From assembly GCF_009914755.1 (NCBI RefSeq), contig NC_060927.1: 64,000 nt of DNA; one strand, given 5' to 3'. The DNA comes from the human T2T-CHM13v2.0 reference genome, Homo sapiens. Under the pieces are notes generated by a model. That model saw nothing but the letters and a program-made list of their open reading frames with translations, was not told the origin of the DNA and ran no database searches. The position numbers were made by a program, and so were the translations under genes. This document shows, piece after piece, positions 11,793-26,854 of this stretch. Numbering within the stretch: position 1 is the first letter of the stretch; every line of letters starts with the position of its first letter.

Positions 11793-14700
11793 TAGCAAGA
11801 CAAAGGATTTAATGATTTAATGCTGAAGGGGTGTGATATGCTGGCATGCATATTGATTCCCTTTGCTGAAAATTTCCTGTTAGATGTTTTCTTCCCAAAT
11901 AACCCCTCCCGCCCCCATGCTCCTCTCCTTACCAACCTTATAGTCTCTTGAAAACAGTTTTTAAAATATGCATAAAAATGTGGGGGGTGGGGAGTAGAGG
12001 GTGACCACAAGACTTTAAAACATTCTTCAAGTAGGGCAATTTGACACATTTTGCAGTTTTTACTAAAATGTATGCAGAGTGGAATTTAACTTTGCTGTTC
12101 TTTGGATTAGCTACTAGTTGTATAGGTCCCCCCACCCCTTGTGTATTCCAACAGTCCAAAGTAATTAAAATATGACATTTTCCTTGAAAGGAATTTAGTT
12201 TAATTAAGGTGGCTGCTGCTCCCGAAGTTCATAAACCACCAGTTCAAGCTGCCGCTTCCAATGTTTTCCTTGCTAAGGAAAGGCAATATTTCTTAGCATT
12301 GACCCTGCTGCCACCTTTCCAAGTCACTTTGTTGGTCTAAGAAGTTGCTGTTTTGCTAGAAAACTACTGGCAATGAACACCCCTTGGACTGAGCCATCCA
12401 TTATTTCCATATCTTGCAGTTCAGCCCGGAACGTGGACATCAGTTAAAGGAAAGGAAATATAAGTGGGGTAGCCCAATTTAAAAAAAAAATATTGACTAT
12501 TTTGTTATCTGATGCTGACACAGTGCCGAGGTACGCACCTGGTCAACAGTAGCCTGGCTGCAGGCTTGAGAAATGATCAGGAGTCCCAGAAAATCCCACC
12601 TTCGGGTGGCTGTAGTGGGAGCCTGCAGGATGCTTCGCCGCCCTGACAGTGATTTAGATAAATGGCTCAGCTATCTATCAAAATGTTTTTAGTACTTTAT
12701 TTGACAATTCATTGGAGCATTAGCCTGAAAATGACATTTTAAATCTTTGTTTTCAAAGAGGTCAAAGTTTAACTGGAAGAAATTGAGTTTTCCTAATAAC
12801 ATGGTGGCTTATCTAAAGAGAGAAGAAAAAGGGGAGAGGGGACAATGACAGGATTTAAATTGCCCTCTCTGAAACTTTTTCTTAAGAATAAAGACTTGCT
12901 TCTTGGGCCGGGAAATCAACAGGTTTGTAGCTGAAAAATCAATAACCATTTGATGCCAACAGCCTGGCTGTCTGACTTAACATTTTGTAGAGCCATAAGC
13001 AGGGCAAAAAGAATATCGTTTTCAGAAGGCGCCTTAATCTTCAGCTGCTCCCCAAATGCCTTTTCTTTTTTGGTGCCCATTTTATTTCTGGAGAACTCAA
13101 AGAAACTGGAGTGTTACAAAATAATTTTCTAATCCAAGAAGAGACTTTTCAGACCTGTCCTCTTTGTAGCAATTAAAACAGTATGAACAATTTCTGTTGG
13201 AATCCCAGGGAACTGGGGCTCTCTGAAACTTTTTCTTGTTAGAGAAAGTGGTAATGAAACATGTTTTTTAACAGAAGGAAAAAATATGCTCAGGATCCTC
13301 GCCAAAAGTTATTAGACCTAATAGAGTTTTTACATGTAGACATTCTTCCTTTTGTAATTAACCCTCCAAAGATGCCTATTAAGTTGTAAGAGTAGGGGGA
13401 AAAGCTTTGTTTGTTCTTGGACAAGTTAAACAAGGGATTTGCTTTATCTAGGGAGAGCGAGCGGTGAATGTGTCATTCGCCTAAAACTACCCGATAAGCA
13501 AGAAGTGTTGATAACAGCAAAGTTTAGCTAATCAAAGAAACTTGCATTAGACAAAGTAAATAAAGGCATTTGACAAAGGGATTTCAGAAATTCCAGTGTC
13601 TTATTTTTGTAAGCAGGGCAATTAGTTCTTATTGTGGTCAGTTTCACAAGAGTTTGAATCCCACACCCCAACTTTAGGTTAAATGAATAAAATGTAAATA
13701 TTGCTTGTGCCCTTGCAGAGTTGCTTTACCCTCATAAACCACTTTATGATGGTCAGTTGTTCCAACGATTTTTTTTTTTTTTAGCATAAATAAAACTAAA
13801 ACTTTTTTTTTTTTTTTTTTTTTAGAGATTCTAACAAATGTCTTGTGCCATGCAGTGTTTGGTTCAGGGTGGTACAGCTAGTTAGGGCTATTGAAATAAA
13901 AGTATATTAGGGCTACATTTGTGTAAGTAAGAACATAACCACAACCTTTTCCATTTTACTTAATGGCTATTTTGACGAGAAGCAGATCTGTTTTTGCTTT
14001 TAACACAGAGGAAACAGTGGGCAAAGAAGAAAAAGTACTAAATTCCAACCAAAACTATTTTCTGCTTTGAGTTTTTTTTATGGTGTGTGTGTGTATGCAT
14101 AGTAAATAAAGTAAGACCTTTGAACATGGAGCACACCATCACAAGCTCACTTTGAAAGGTGTTAAAATATTCCCTTTATTTTCTTTTTAATTTTAAAGGC
14201 AGAAAAATGATATGCCAGCCAGCTGCCATTTGTAGTAGTGTCTGTGAATTGCTTCTTATAAGCATTCAAAGTCAGGATTAGGGGACTACTAAGGGAATGT
14301 GGTCTAAATATTACGATTGACGACTGCCCCTGGAAGGTATAGGAGTCACTAAATTTCTGTTCAGATGTCTCCAGGATTATCTTGGTTTTAGGCAGCTCCA
14401 GATGTTTTCAACATTAATTGCTCAGTGGGTATAGGATAAATCTTAATATTTTGTGGTCTAAATATAGTTGCTTTGGTGAAATAACGAGTGTGACAACTTC
14501 TTGGCCTTTTTCCCTGTCTTTTCTCCCTACTCAACACATCAAAAGGAAAAAGAAAAAAATATTTTCTTTTTGAAATAGGACTTTGCCCATTAATGAGAAG
14601 AAATTATTTTTAAAACAACCAGTAGTGATGTTTGATTAGGGAATGAGAAAAGGCCTCTTTTCAAAGCCCTGGGACCCAAATTTTAAGTATTAAACAGTAT

Positions 14701-17240
14701 CTAAATCCTCTCCTAGTGAGATATAAATTGGGGTCAAAGTGGCAAAATCAAAGATACCCTCTGAAAGAAAGACTAAATAAAGACTGACAGCCACCGTATG
14801 AATTGAATGGGGTTTTGAATAAATATTTCAGTGAAAAGGCCCAATTGTTTTTCTAAAGTAGGACATAATTTTCTGCTTCTCGGGCACATGACGGTGGTAA
14901 CTAATACCATCAGAAAGAAGAGAAAAAGAGGGACTTTTCCTTAAATCGCAAAGAGAGTACAGGCAGGGTTGTGGGTTGTTCGAAAACAAGTGAAAGATTC
15001 ACAAAGTTTTCCTTCCTTGTAGAAAAAAAGAAATCATATTGTGAATATTGGATAAATTGGTACATTTGACAAGGGAGTGAGTATTGATGTGCAACTTAGA
15101 AAAGAAAAAGCATGTGTTTAAATTTTATTGCCAGAAAAGGATGGATTCAAAAAACTAAACAGTAGAAAGGTAGACATCTGTTTGCCTAAACTTAAGCTAT
15201 GGAATTGACTTGGAAGCTTTAGTTAGAATTTGATTTGCCAGCCAATAATGTAAAGCCCTTGCATTGAATCAGGTCTTTTTTCCTTAATAGATAAATGACC
15301 AGAATGGCTATTTCTGATAGGCTAGCTGACCTGAATCAGAAGTTTCCTTCTCATTTCTAGAAGCCTGGCGCTGATATATACAACCGAGGGTATTGTTATG
15401 CACTTTTCTCTAAAGCGTAAGAATAAAAAAAAGTTCTTCTGGATATCAGATGTTTATAATTTACCTTCGACATATGTTAAGCTCTGAGGTGGCTGAAAAA
15501 GAAAGAAAACCTGTTTTCTCCTTTACACATTCCACAGATATCATTAAACTCTATCTGAGAAGGGAAATACATGATAAATAACAAAGATTATAAATTCTAC
15601 TCTCAAGGAATTTATAATTTTTTAAATCAGTAATTTAGAAAAAGCTGAGAATTTTAAGTTACTCTTTGGGCAGAAGATGGAGATGTAAAAACCAAGATGC
15701 AAAATACAAAACTCTGTTCAAGTCACACAGGATTTTAACAATAAATGCAATGTTCATTTTAGAACATCTTAGAATCTTCTATACAGTTTGAGTTATGTGT
15801 AAGTGCCATACATTTATCCTTAAATGACATTTTTATACTTTAAATGTTCTAATATAAATTCAGTTAACTATCAATTAAATAGATTATTTCAGAAATGGGA
15901 GTTTTTGATGAAGGTTAATCAGAAAAATCTTGGCTGAAAACCTTTCCAAAGATATTAATGTAGATAGAATCTTGCCTTTCAAATTACAGGGTAGTTATGA
16001 CAATCATGTATCTCTGATTTTCTAGAATAACCCACTTTCAAATATCCTGCACAGTTCCCACATAAATCATTGAAATATGCCAGATATTTAATATTACAAC
16101 ATCTCCTAGGCTGCCCCTTGAACCCAGGAGTGGCACAGAAAGTCTTTGTTTGGATTCTATAGTCAATATAAGTAGAGCTCTCACAGCTTAATTTTTTCAT
16201 TATGTCTGAAGATCGCCTTGTGTTTCTGGGTCATTCTTATGAACATGAATTCCTTTCGTAGCAAACTATAGATCTGTGAATAGAAGGCATTCCTTGCAAA
16301 ATGGACTGGGCTGTGATTCTCACTCTAGCACCTGTGTGTGCGTGGACAGGGTGGGGAGGAGGGAGTAGAATTAAATTAAATTGTTATGAACAAATCTGTA
16401 TCAGCCCTTGCCAGCTTCCTCTTAAAAAGTTGGAGCTGGGGTGATGGAGGGAGAAGAGTAGAGTTAACTCAGGTTTCAGATTTATCAGTATCCTGCTTGT
16501 AAGTGGCTTGGTCTAAGTACCTCTTGTTAAATAGGAGATGAGATAACCTGCCCCATCTGTAAGATCTAATAACACAACCTCATCAGTCAATATGTTGCTC
16601 TGAATTCTCCTCTTTTCATTCCCAGCTTCCTTACCCCATCATTAAAAAGCATGATCTCTGTCCCATCCCACTCCCCAAACCCCTTTAAATGAATGAAAAA
16701 TAAAGTTGCAAAAGTTCTCTCTACCTAGGAAGCAGGAGAGCCTAAGTCTACTGGCATTTTGTCTTGAGCTTTCAGAGCTTCTTAGATGGGAAGTCAAACA
16801 GGCAATGGAACTGCTGACTTGCTCTTTCTCTGGCCCTGTAGGGTGGGGGAGCTACAAGGGGACCATTTAGTAAGATAAGACTCTCTGCCCCCTGCGCGAT
16901 AAGGCGAGGATAACAGGAACTGACGTCAGCAAGGCGACTCAACCTGGCCAAGCATTTCCTCTAGTCAGGGCTCAGGGATTCCAGGAGTCTCTAGGCTTCC
17001 CCCAGCAGCTGAAGAACTGAACCAGCTCAGGGGAGGGAGAAAGAAGAAAGCTGATTTTTACAGGGGTGATAGTGGGTGATGATGTCCCTGATTTCCAAAA
17101 GCAGATTTCTTTGAAGAGAACAAAGAAAAACTGGGAGGAAGAAAGTCGTTTAATAAAAGTGGATTCTGAGATTATAATTGTCATTTTACATTGTCATAGA
17201 ATAGATATTTGTGTTCCAGCTGTCAACAATTCACTGCTGA

Positions 17241-17672
<432 letters not shown>

Positions 17673-20600
17673 TTGTATTTACTTTTGAAAGTACAAAGTT
17701 CCCATCCCCATCTGCATCAGATGACAACATTGCTAAAGCCATTTCATTTGCTACCAGCCCTGAAACCACTTAGCAGTTTTCCTCCCCTTTTTCCTTCTTC
17801 CCTTTCTCTTAAACCCAGATTTATTTTCATTTTATTTTATTCTTTGCCTTCCAAAGTATCTGATTTGAGATTTGGAGGAGGAGAAAAGTCAAACAGAAGG
17901 ATTTTATTTCTTAAAATTCACAGATTCTCCTCAGTCCACTGCTGTCTTAAAGATAGCTTCTTATTTTTTAAGTTTCAGTGTTTGACAAAGAATCACTGTC
18001 CTAATTTGACCCATATTTAGTGGAATGTTTGCTATGTTGTTGTTGATAAATTACTATTCATCACAGAATAAAATTTTGTCAAGTCAAAAAAATAGCTAAA
18101 TTCAAAATAATGTGCAGGTAAAAGAACAAATAAGATGAGTGCATCGGTTAACTAGGGAGAGAAGATCTGGATCACATCCCAATTTTTTTCCCATTTCCAG
18201 AGCAAATGAAGACCTCATGTAATAAATTTGTCTTCTCAAAAATATTAAAGCTTTCAACGGCTACAGTACCTTTGTCATGTCATCAAAGTCCATAATTATA
18301 AAAAGGCCGATGATCTGAAGGCCATTTCAGCTTCAAAAGATTTTCTTAGGGGCTGGTCTATTGGAAAGCTTGGGGGTTTAATTAACTAAAATGGAAATGG
18401 AGGCAGCGAAATTCAGTTCCTGATGTTTTAATTTAGCTCAGTACTGCCATGTGTTATTGAAGAGAATTCTTAAAGGCAAACATAATTATTTCATTATGGT
18501 CCTCAGAATGCTTTCATTGGCTTTAATGACAAGAAGCTGTATAAAAAGGCATATATTTTAATTAGTCCTTTTTATATTTACATCAGATAAACAACAAATA
18601 ATTGATGAAAAACAAGTCTTTGGAATGGATGATTTCACATAGTGCACTGGTTACAGTTTAATGATGAAACATTTCTCTGTTGCTTTGCATTTTAATTATA
18701 TATACATTATATTACAGTAGTCGTGCCATGGAGCTACTAAAATACCGTTGTTGCCATTTTATTACAAAAAAAATCACGATTAATGCCTAGAAATTGAAAG
18801 CTGAAAAATGTAGCTAGACACATCTCCAAGGAAGTAAATTACCGGTTCCATTAATTTTACTACATTTGTTAGAACTCATTTTGATCACTTTTATCTTTTA
18901 CGCTTCATCTTTTTGGATTAAGATCGTCAGGGGTTTCATATGCTTTTTTATGGCCACATCTTCTCCTGAGCACCTTTCTTTCGCTCTTGCTGCCTGTTTT
19001 GAGGATTTGCATGTGAAAGTGCCTTGCCAAATGTGCACTGGAAATTCAGAGAGCTTTTTTTCCATGCTATCGGCTTGCTTTACCTTTGATTTTATATGAA
19101 AACCCATTTCACATGATTCATCCGTTTTGGTGTACAGAACACTAATTGTTATTATTGATTTTAAATTCCGTGACCATTACAAGTAACCCAGATGACTGGC
19201 AGATAAAGGGTAATAATCCATGGAGTTCTGGAACTGTTTCATGTTTGTCTGGAGTACTTTATGTGATCAATATTAACTGCCCCATTGAAACTAACTGCTG
19301 TATCAAATAACAGTCAATCAAATGAATGTGCTTAGAGATTATTTATTGAAAGCTTTAATTGTTCACTGGGGCCCTCCTTATCAGGGGAAACAATACAAAC
19401 TAGAGGTAGGATGAACAGGTTTGGATTTGCAGGGAAAGTTGGGGGATGCAGATGAACAAGGCATCTCTCTGCTTCTCGGGCAAGAGTTTCCAGAAACCCA
19501 TGTTGGGCTTATAGTTCAGGCAGAAGTTGTGAATACTCTTCCAGAGCTTATCCTATCACCTGTACCTCAAAGGCTTTCTAGAGAAGGGGGTATAATAATT
19601 TTCTTGCACTCAGCAGAAGCTGTGAAAAGTTCTCCCTTTCCAAGAGTTTTACTGCTGCTTCTCCCTGGTCCTCTCAGAATTACCCTTCCATGCATCTCTC
19701 CACCTCTGCTTCCCCATCATGGCCTGATGGTCCAAGATAATGCAAGTAGCCTGCCTTGACACAGGATCGGTTTCTACAGCTATGAAATGGGAATAATAGT
19801 GTCTACATTGCAGGATCTGTAGAAGGATTAGAGATCATGTAAATTAAGATTCTATTCTTGTCTTGAAAACATATGGAAGTCACCAGGTAGGCCTTCTGCC
19901 CTGATTTTGGCATGACACCTGTGGCTTACGTGCCTTTGCTAAAAGCAAACTTTTTTTTTTTTTTTTTGGTCATATCTAAATTAGGTATCTCTTTTCTTTG
20001 GTGAAATGATCCCTCGGTCTATAGCTCATAACCTAGGTGGCAGTCCTTTCTGTTTGTCAGGTAGCACTGTGCCCTGATTCAGGGGCATCCATTTACCAGA
20101 TCCCCAGATTTCTTGCAAATGATTGACTTTTACAAGTGAGCATTGTCACCTTCAAAGTTGTCACAATACACTTAGCCCAAAGATGCTGTCGTGGCACAGT
20201 ACATTTTTATTGCTCATTGATGGATTAGTTTTTGCAACGTGCCATTCAGCAAATGGCTCTTGGGTGTCTGCCATGTGCCAGGCTCCTTGATATGATCTGT
20301 GGGGGACACCAAGATGAATCAGACACTGTCCCTTCTCCCTCTGAACTCATGATATAATGGGAAGAACTTGTGACACAAGTCGTTGTCACATAACCCCCTT
20401 ATAACAAACCCAAAAATCTCCCCATGTCTTTGAACCTAAGATTGATAATGGAAAGAACTAAGAACTGCCAAGAACCACAGCTGGTTTATATGGTGGGTGA
20501 TCAAGTGGATTATACATTTTTGTCACAGTGGAGCGGGCGTGAAGTTTTTCTGTGTGCAGGCCTCATAGATCATCTCTAAAAGTAGTTCACAAAGGAGTTC

Positions 20601-20764
20601 TAAACCTATCTTACACAGTGGAATAAGTGCACACCTTCCAAACTAGCTTCTTGAAGACTTTCATGTGGATGTTTCTGGAGCGTGTTAAGTAATCATGTTC
20701 CTTGGGGATGGGTTTGATTCTATTGGATTTTTAAAAATCACTTATTTCTCTATGATTTCTGTGA

Positions 20765-21210
20765 CTTATTCCTGTGTAACAAACCATCCCAAAACTTCCT
20801 GGTCTAACAATTTATTATGACATTATTCTGTGGATGGGCTGGGCTCCGCTGGGCAGACCCTCTGCTCCGCATGCTGTCAGCTGGGGCTGAATCATCCATG
20901 GCTAAATTGGGCTGGCAATCCAAAAAGTCTCACTCTCATGGCTGGTGGTGGATGTTGGTTGTCGGTGAGAGCTCTAGGGGATCTGCATGTGACTTGTGCA
21001 TGTCACAGCATGGCAGCAGTATTCCGAGAGAGAGTGTTTCGAGAGTGAACCTTCCAGGAAGGAGGCAGCAGAGGCTCCCAGTCCTCTTAAAACCTAGACC
21101 CAGAGAGTGGTATACAGTCACTTTCACTATATTCTGCTGGTGAAGCAGACACAGGGCCAGCCCAGATTCAATAACTACCTTTCAGTTTGGGAGAGAAAGG
21201 CAAAGAATGT
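20765..21210. mobile_element. MLT-family LTR
   Basis: TGTAACAAACCATCCCAAAACT...CACAGGCCAGCCCAGATTCAA-type motifs of MLT1. Confidence 0.65.
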
Positions 21211-22226
21211 CCACCATAACAATCGTAGCGTATATGCACTATAACAAGAAAGAAAGTATTGTCTTCTGAAAATGATTAAATTAAAGAACAGTTGTGGGGC
21301 TTTTAGTTTTTTGGTTGGTTCCATGTTTAATGAAATGCTACTCTAATGACAACATACATCATTTTCAGTTAATCCTCACAACCCTATAAGTGAGATGTCA
21401 TCTTCATTTTACAGATGAGGAAATGGAGGCTCAGGGAAGGTGAATAACACGGATTGTAAGGGGCAGAGTGTGGTTTCAAGTCCCATGAAAGGCTTTTCTC
21501 TAGGCTCCATGTGCTGTTACTCACTTGGGGGTCCTCAGCTTCAGGAGTTGTCATCCTGTCAGCTGAGTGAAGAATTCCTGAAAAATGTTTCATGCCCTAA
21601 TAATCCCAAGAATAAAACACCATCGAGTGTTTTGGTTAAGGGGAAAGGTAGGAAAAAGAGAGGTAAAGAACTGTAACTCGCATAGCTTCCTCTGATTACA
21701 TTATTTTCTGTACTATAAACCAGTCTTTTACATTGTGGAGGAAACTCTGCCCAAACTATGAGGCTATTTTACTCTTTTGCCCTTTTGTTTTTACATCCTG
21801 TTTGCTGTTGAAGTCTACGCTGGCCTAGTCACTGCTGTAGCTCAGGGGGTTCAGACCAGGATTAGTCTGGTATTTACTGAAGAGTCACAAGAAGATGAGA
21901 GATGGGAAACTGGGCTTTTCATGTTACTCTAGTTTACTGGTAACCCTTATCTAAAGATGGGTGCTAAGTGTTTGTGCTAGAGAGTGTCTCTTCATTAAGT
22001 GGAGCTATTTTGTCTTCCATTACCAAAAGCAAAAAAGTAAAAGACAAAGAGGAAGAAAGAAAACTTTCTGATAGTAAAGTCGAATTAATGTTTATTTGCT
22101 ACGTATTTTAAGTATCTATTGTGTGCAGAGGATCCCAAACCTAAGTTAACCATTACCATTTAGTGAAACTTACATGAATCATAGTGCATCTAATTGGCCT
22201 CTCAGATAATGCTCTCATTTCAGTGA

Positions 22227-22529
<303 letters not shown>

Positions 22530-23002
22530 TCAAATATGTCTTAAATGGAATGTATTCTGTATTTTGAATTTTCATATACCGTATTCTACCTGTTTCTTTT
22601 GTTTGAAATCTAATTGTTGCTGAATTATATATTTTGAGGAAAAAGAGACAGGTGGACAAATTGAAGTGACTTGCTAGAAGTCGTGTAGTGGGTTCTAAGT
22701 GGAAGCAGATCTAAATCTGTAAGACGCTAACATGTGATGCAGTGAAATACAGCATGGTACCCTGCAGTGTGATACAGTGAGGTTGGGTAGACATTCTTCG
22801 TGCACTGTACCTGCTGTGGAAGCTTGAGCTCCAGGTTTTGTTTTGGTTTTTTTCTAATCTTTAAAATGAATCCATAACACCTCCCTTGAAAGCCTAAGAT
22901 CAGTCTTAAAGCCTTAAATAAGACAATGTATTTGACACATGATGCTCAGTAAATAGATTGTTTTTACATATATACATAGTTGTCAATAAGAAACTTGTTT
23001 TA

Positions 23003-23300
23003 GGCTTGCATGGCGACTCATACCGGAAATTCTAGCACTTCAGGAGGCCCGAGGCAGGCAGATCACTTGAGCCTAGGCACTTGAGACCAGCCTAGGCAAC
23101 ACGGCAGAACCCTGTCTCTACAAAAAGAATTATGTGGCCGTGGTGGCACGCACCTGTAGTCCTAGCTACTCGGGAGGCTAGGGTGGGAGGATAATCGGAG
23201 CCTGGGAATGTTGAGGCTGCAGTGAGCCGGGATTGCACCACTGCATTCCAGCCTAGGCAACAGAGGGAGATCCTGTCTAAAAAATAAAAAAAAAAAAAGA
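23003..23300 (+). mobile_element. Alu (AluJ-type) in the pseudogene 3'UTR
   Basis: TTGAGGCTGCAGTGAGC J-type motif, A-tail, imperfect TSD AAGAAA(C/T)TT(G/A)TTT. Confidence 0.9.
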
Positions 23301-23323
23301 AATTTATTTAAAAAAAAAATCCA

Positions 23324-23695
<372 letters not shown>

Positions 23696-24787
23696 CTACT
23701 GAACCTTGTTCACTGAAACATTTTGATTTGCATTAATGCTTTACATCCCCACATTTATATTAAAAATTCACACTCAAATGAAGATGGAAAAACTGCCAAT
23801 ACCTAATTTCTGTCCTCTATTTTTCCACTTGCAATCATATACCTAGGTACCTTTTGACTGCATTAGAAAAAAATACCTAATATTCAGAACTACCAATAAC
23901 AGGAAGAAGAAATTTTTTTTCGGGGGGGTGGGTGGGAATGAAATGTTTCCCATCATAGTGGACTCCTAAGCACGTTCTCTACGTATGCAGTGTGCTGATG
24001 TCTTCTGGCATAATTGTTAAACGTTTGATATGGATAACACACAGGTTAGTGCCCTCAAAAAGGCCAACCAGATAGGCCTCACTTGGCTCCTGCAAAGCAC
24101 CAGTAGCTGCGCTCTGGAAGCTCAGATCTGTTTTAAAGTCCTGAGCAATTTCTTGCACCACATATTGGAAGGGAAGTTTGCGAATCAGTTCACTGGACTT
24201 CGTATAAAGCCTAATTTCACGGAGTACCCCAGTCCCAGGCCTGTAACAATGAGGTTTCTCCACCCCGCCAGTAGAGGGCGCACTCTCGTGAATGGCTTTT
24301 GTGGCCAGTTTCTTCCCGGATGCTTTTCCACGGGTTGGATTTTCGAGTAGTGTGCTTTGTAGGAACCGTGGTATGGACACCTCCTTACTTTCCCCCTTCT
24401 CCTTCGCCCAGAGCTCGGCGAACTAGAGGTGGCGCTGGCGTCAGAGAGCCCCAACTGCAAATCCAATTCCCCGATATTTTATGAATTTTTTTTAATGCAG
24501 AAAAGTTACAACAGCTTTACTGCAAACACCTGGATACCTACTGCCATAGCTACCATTAAAATTACCAGGTTTCTTTTCTGTGTTCTCACCCTTTTCTCCT
24601 TTTGCATATGTTTGTTTTGTTTTGTTGACTGGGTCTTCTCACTAAACTGAGAGTCTTTGAGTTCAGGTATTGTGCTTTTTACCTCTGTTTTCCCAGTGCT
24701 AATATAGTACTTGGTCTATGATCCTCAGTAAACTATGGTTGAACCCACATGTATGTTCTAATAAACAACCCTTTAATATACTCGATA

Positions 24788-25330
24788 TCAGTGCCCTTCA
24801 ATAGAACTTCCTACAATGAAGTTTCCAATGATGGAAAGGATCTATAATTCTACATTGTCTAATATCATAGTCGCTAGCCATTTATGGCTGTTGGAATTTG
24901 AAATGCGGTTAATACAGCTGAGGAAGTGACTTTTTAATTTAATTTTATTTTTATTTATTTATTTATTTATTTATTTATTTTTGAGACGGAGTCTCACTCT
25001 GTTGCCTAGGCTGGAGTGCAGTGGTGCAATCTCGGCTCACTGCAACCTCCGCCTCCCGTGTTCAAGCCATTCTCCTGCTTCAGCCTCCTGAGTAGCTGGG
25101 ATTACAGGAGCGCGCTACCACGCCCAGCTAATTTTTGTGTTTTTAGTAGAGACGGGGTTTCATCATATTGGTCAGGCTGGTCTCGAACTCCTGACCTCAT
25201 GATCCACCCGCCTCGATCTTCCATAGTGCTGGGATTACAGGCGTGAGCCACCACACCTGGCCAATTTTATTTTATTTTAATTAATTTAACTTTCAATAGC
25301 CACACATGGCTAGTGGCTACTGTATTAAAC
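24788..25330. mobile_element. MER3/MER33-like DNA transposon split by an Alu
   Basis: CAATAGAACTT..TACAATGA...AATAGCCACACATGGCTAGTGGCTAC. Confidence 0.65.
24945..25262 (-). mobile_element. Alu (AluSg-like) with (TTTA)n tail
   Basis: Alu reverse complement. Confidence 0.95.
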
Positions 25331-26310
25331 AATTCACTTCTACATACTTCAGCTATTATTATTCTTTCAGTATTTGTTCATTTTCTTTATTTCCTTTTTC
25401 CCTTCAGCCTTTACTCTTCTCTCCTATGGCTATTAACAAGCTCTAATTATCCCTTTATGTAGCAGGTAAACAGACTGCAGGAAAATGTAAACAGAATGCT
25501 GTAGGGTGGTGATTTCAGTCATTGTTTAACTCCTTTTCCTTCTGGGTGGAACTATTTTTCCTGGGGCCTGGCAAGTATTTAGCACTTGTTTTGCTAACAT
25601 TTAGTTTGCACAGCTAAACCAAGATTTTTGCAGAATCTCAGTGGGCGGGAATTACATTCCCTGTAGCAATCAAATCATGGAGACATACGATGTCTATTCC
25701 CGTGCTCCACACCTGCTTGGTTTTGAGATGGGCAGAGTATCTCCCAACATTTTCAAGCTTTCAACTCAGCTTGAACATTTCAACAAACTTCAGGGAGGCA
25801 GAGAGGAACTGGCCATATTCTATGGAAGCCTCAGTTTGCCTTCTGGGAAATACCATGAGCTCTCCCCCGGGTGCCTCCTCCTGCTTACGTGTGTCCTCTG
25901 CTCATAACCCAGAGTGCGGCACACAGTAGGTGCTCAGAAATATGCTGAGTGTAGTTCAGTGAAAACGAAATTGAGAACATCTCAAGTGAGCTAATATTTT
26001 TTGGTTATTCAAAACACCTCTAGTAAACTTGATGGGGGCTGTCAAAAACTTGGGAGGTTCAGTTTGGCTGGGATGGCAAAGTAAGTAAGCCCTTATAAGT
26101 GCATTTGCTGGCAAACTGGCCTGAAAACATGAGAGTGGAATATTTCCCTGGGCTACTGGCACTTACTTTGAGGTCACAGAAATAGATTTTCTGATGGTAC
26201 TTCCTGTTAGCCAGGACATTATTGCTCCCCCTTGTCCCCCCCACCACCCCTTTTTTTTTGGCCTATCCCTAGAAATGGTGTGAAGAAAGTAAATAAAAAT
26301 AAAGCTAAAG

Positions 26311-26464
26311 CGCGCCGGTAATCTCAGCTACTCAGGAGGCTGAGGCAGGAGAATCGCTTAAAACCCGGGAGGCGGAGGTTGCAGTGAGCCAAGATTGCAC
26401 CATCGTTCTCTAGCCTGGGCGACAGACAGACAGTCCATCTAAAATATATATATAAAAAAAAAAA
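26311..26464 (+). mobile_element. 5'-truncated Alu (right arm only)
   Basis: TAATCTCAGCTACTCAGGAGGCTGAGGCAGGAGAATCGC...A-tail; flanked by ATAAAGCTAAAG. Confidence 0.9.
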
Positions 26465-26477
26465 TGATAAAGCTAAA

Positions 26478-26854
<377 letters not shown>

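Noticed and set aside
23979-24380. 133-aa ORF as a functional histone H3 variant
   Set aside because: True start mutated to ACG, frameshifts near both ends, many substitutions at invariant residues; pseudogene
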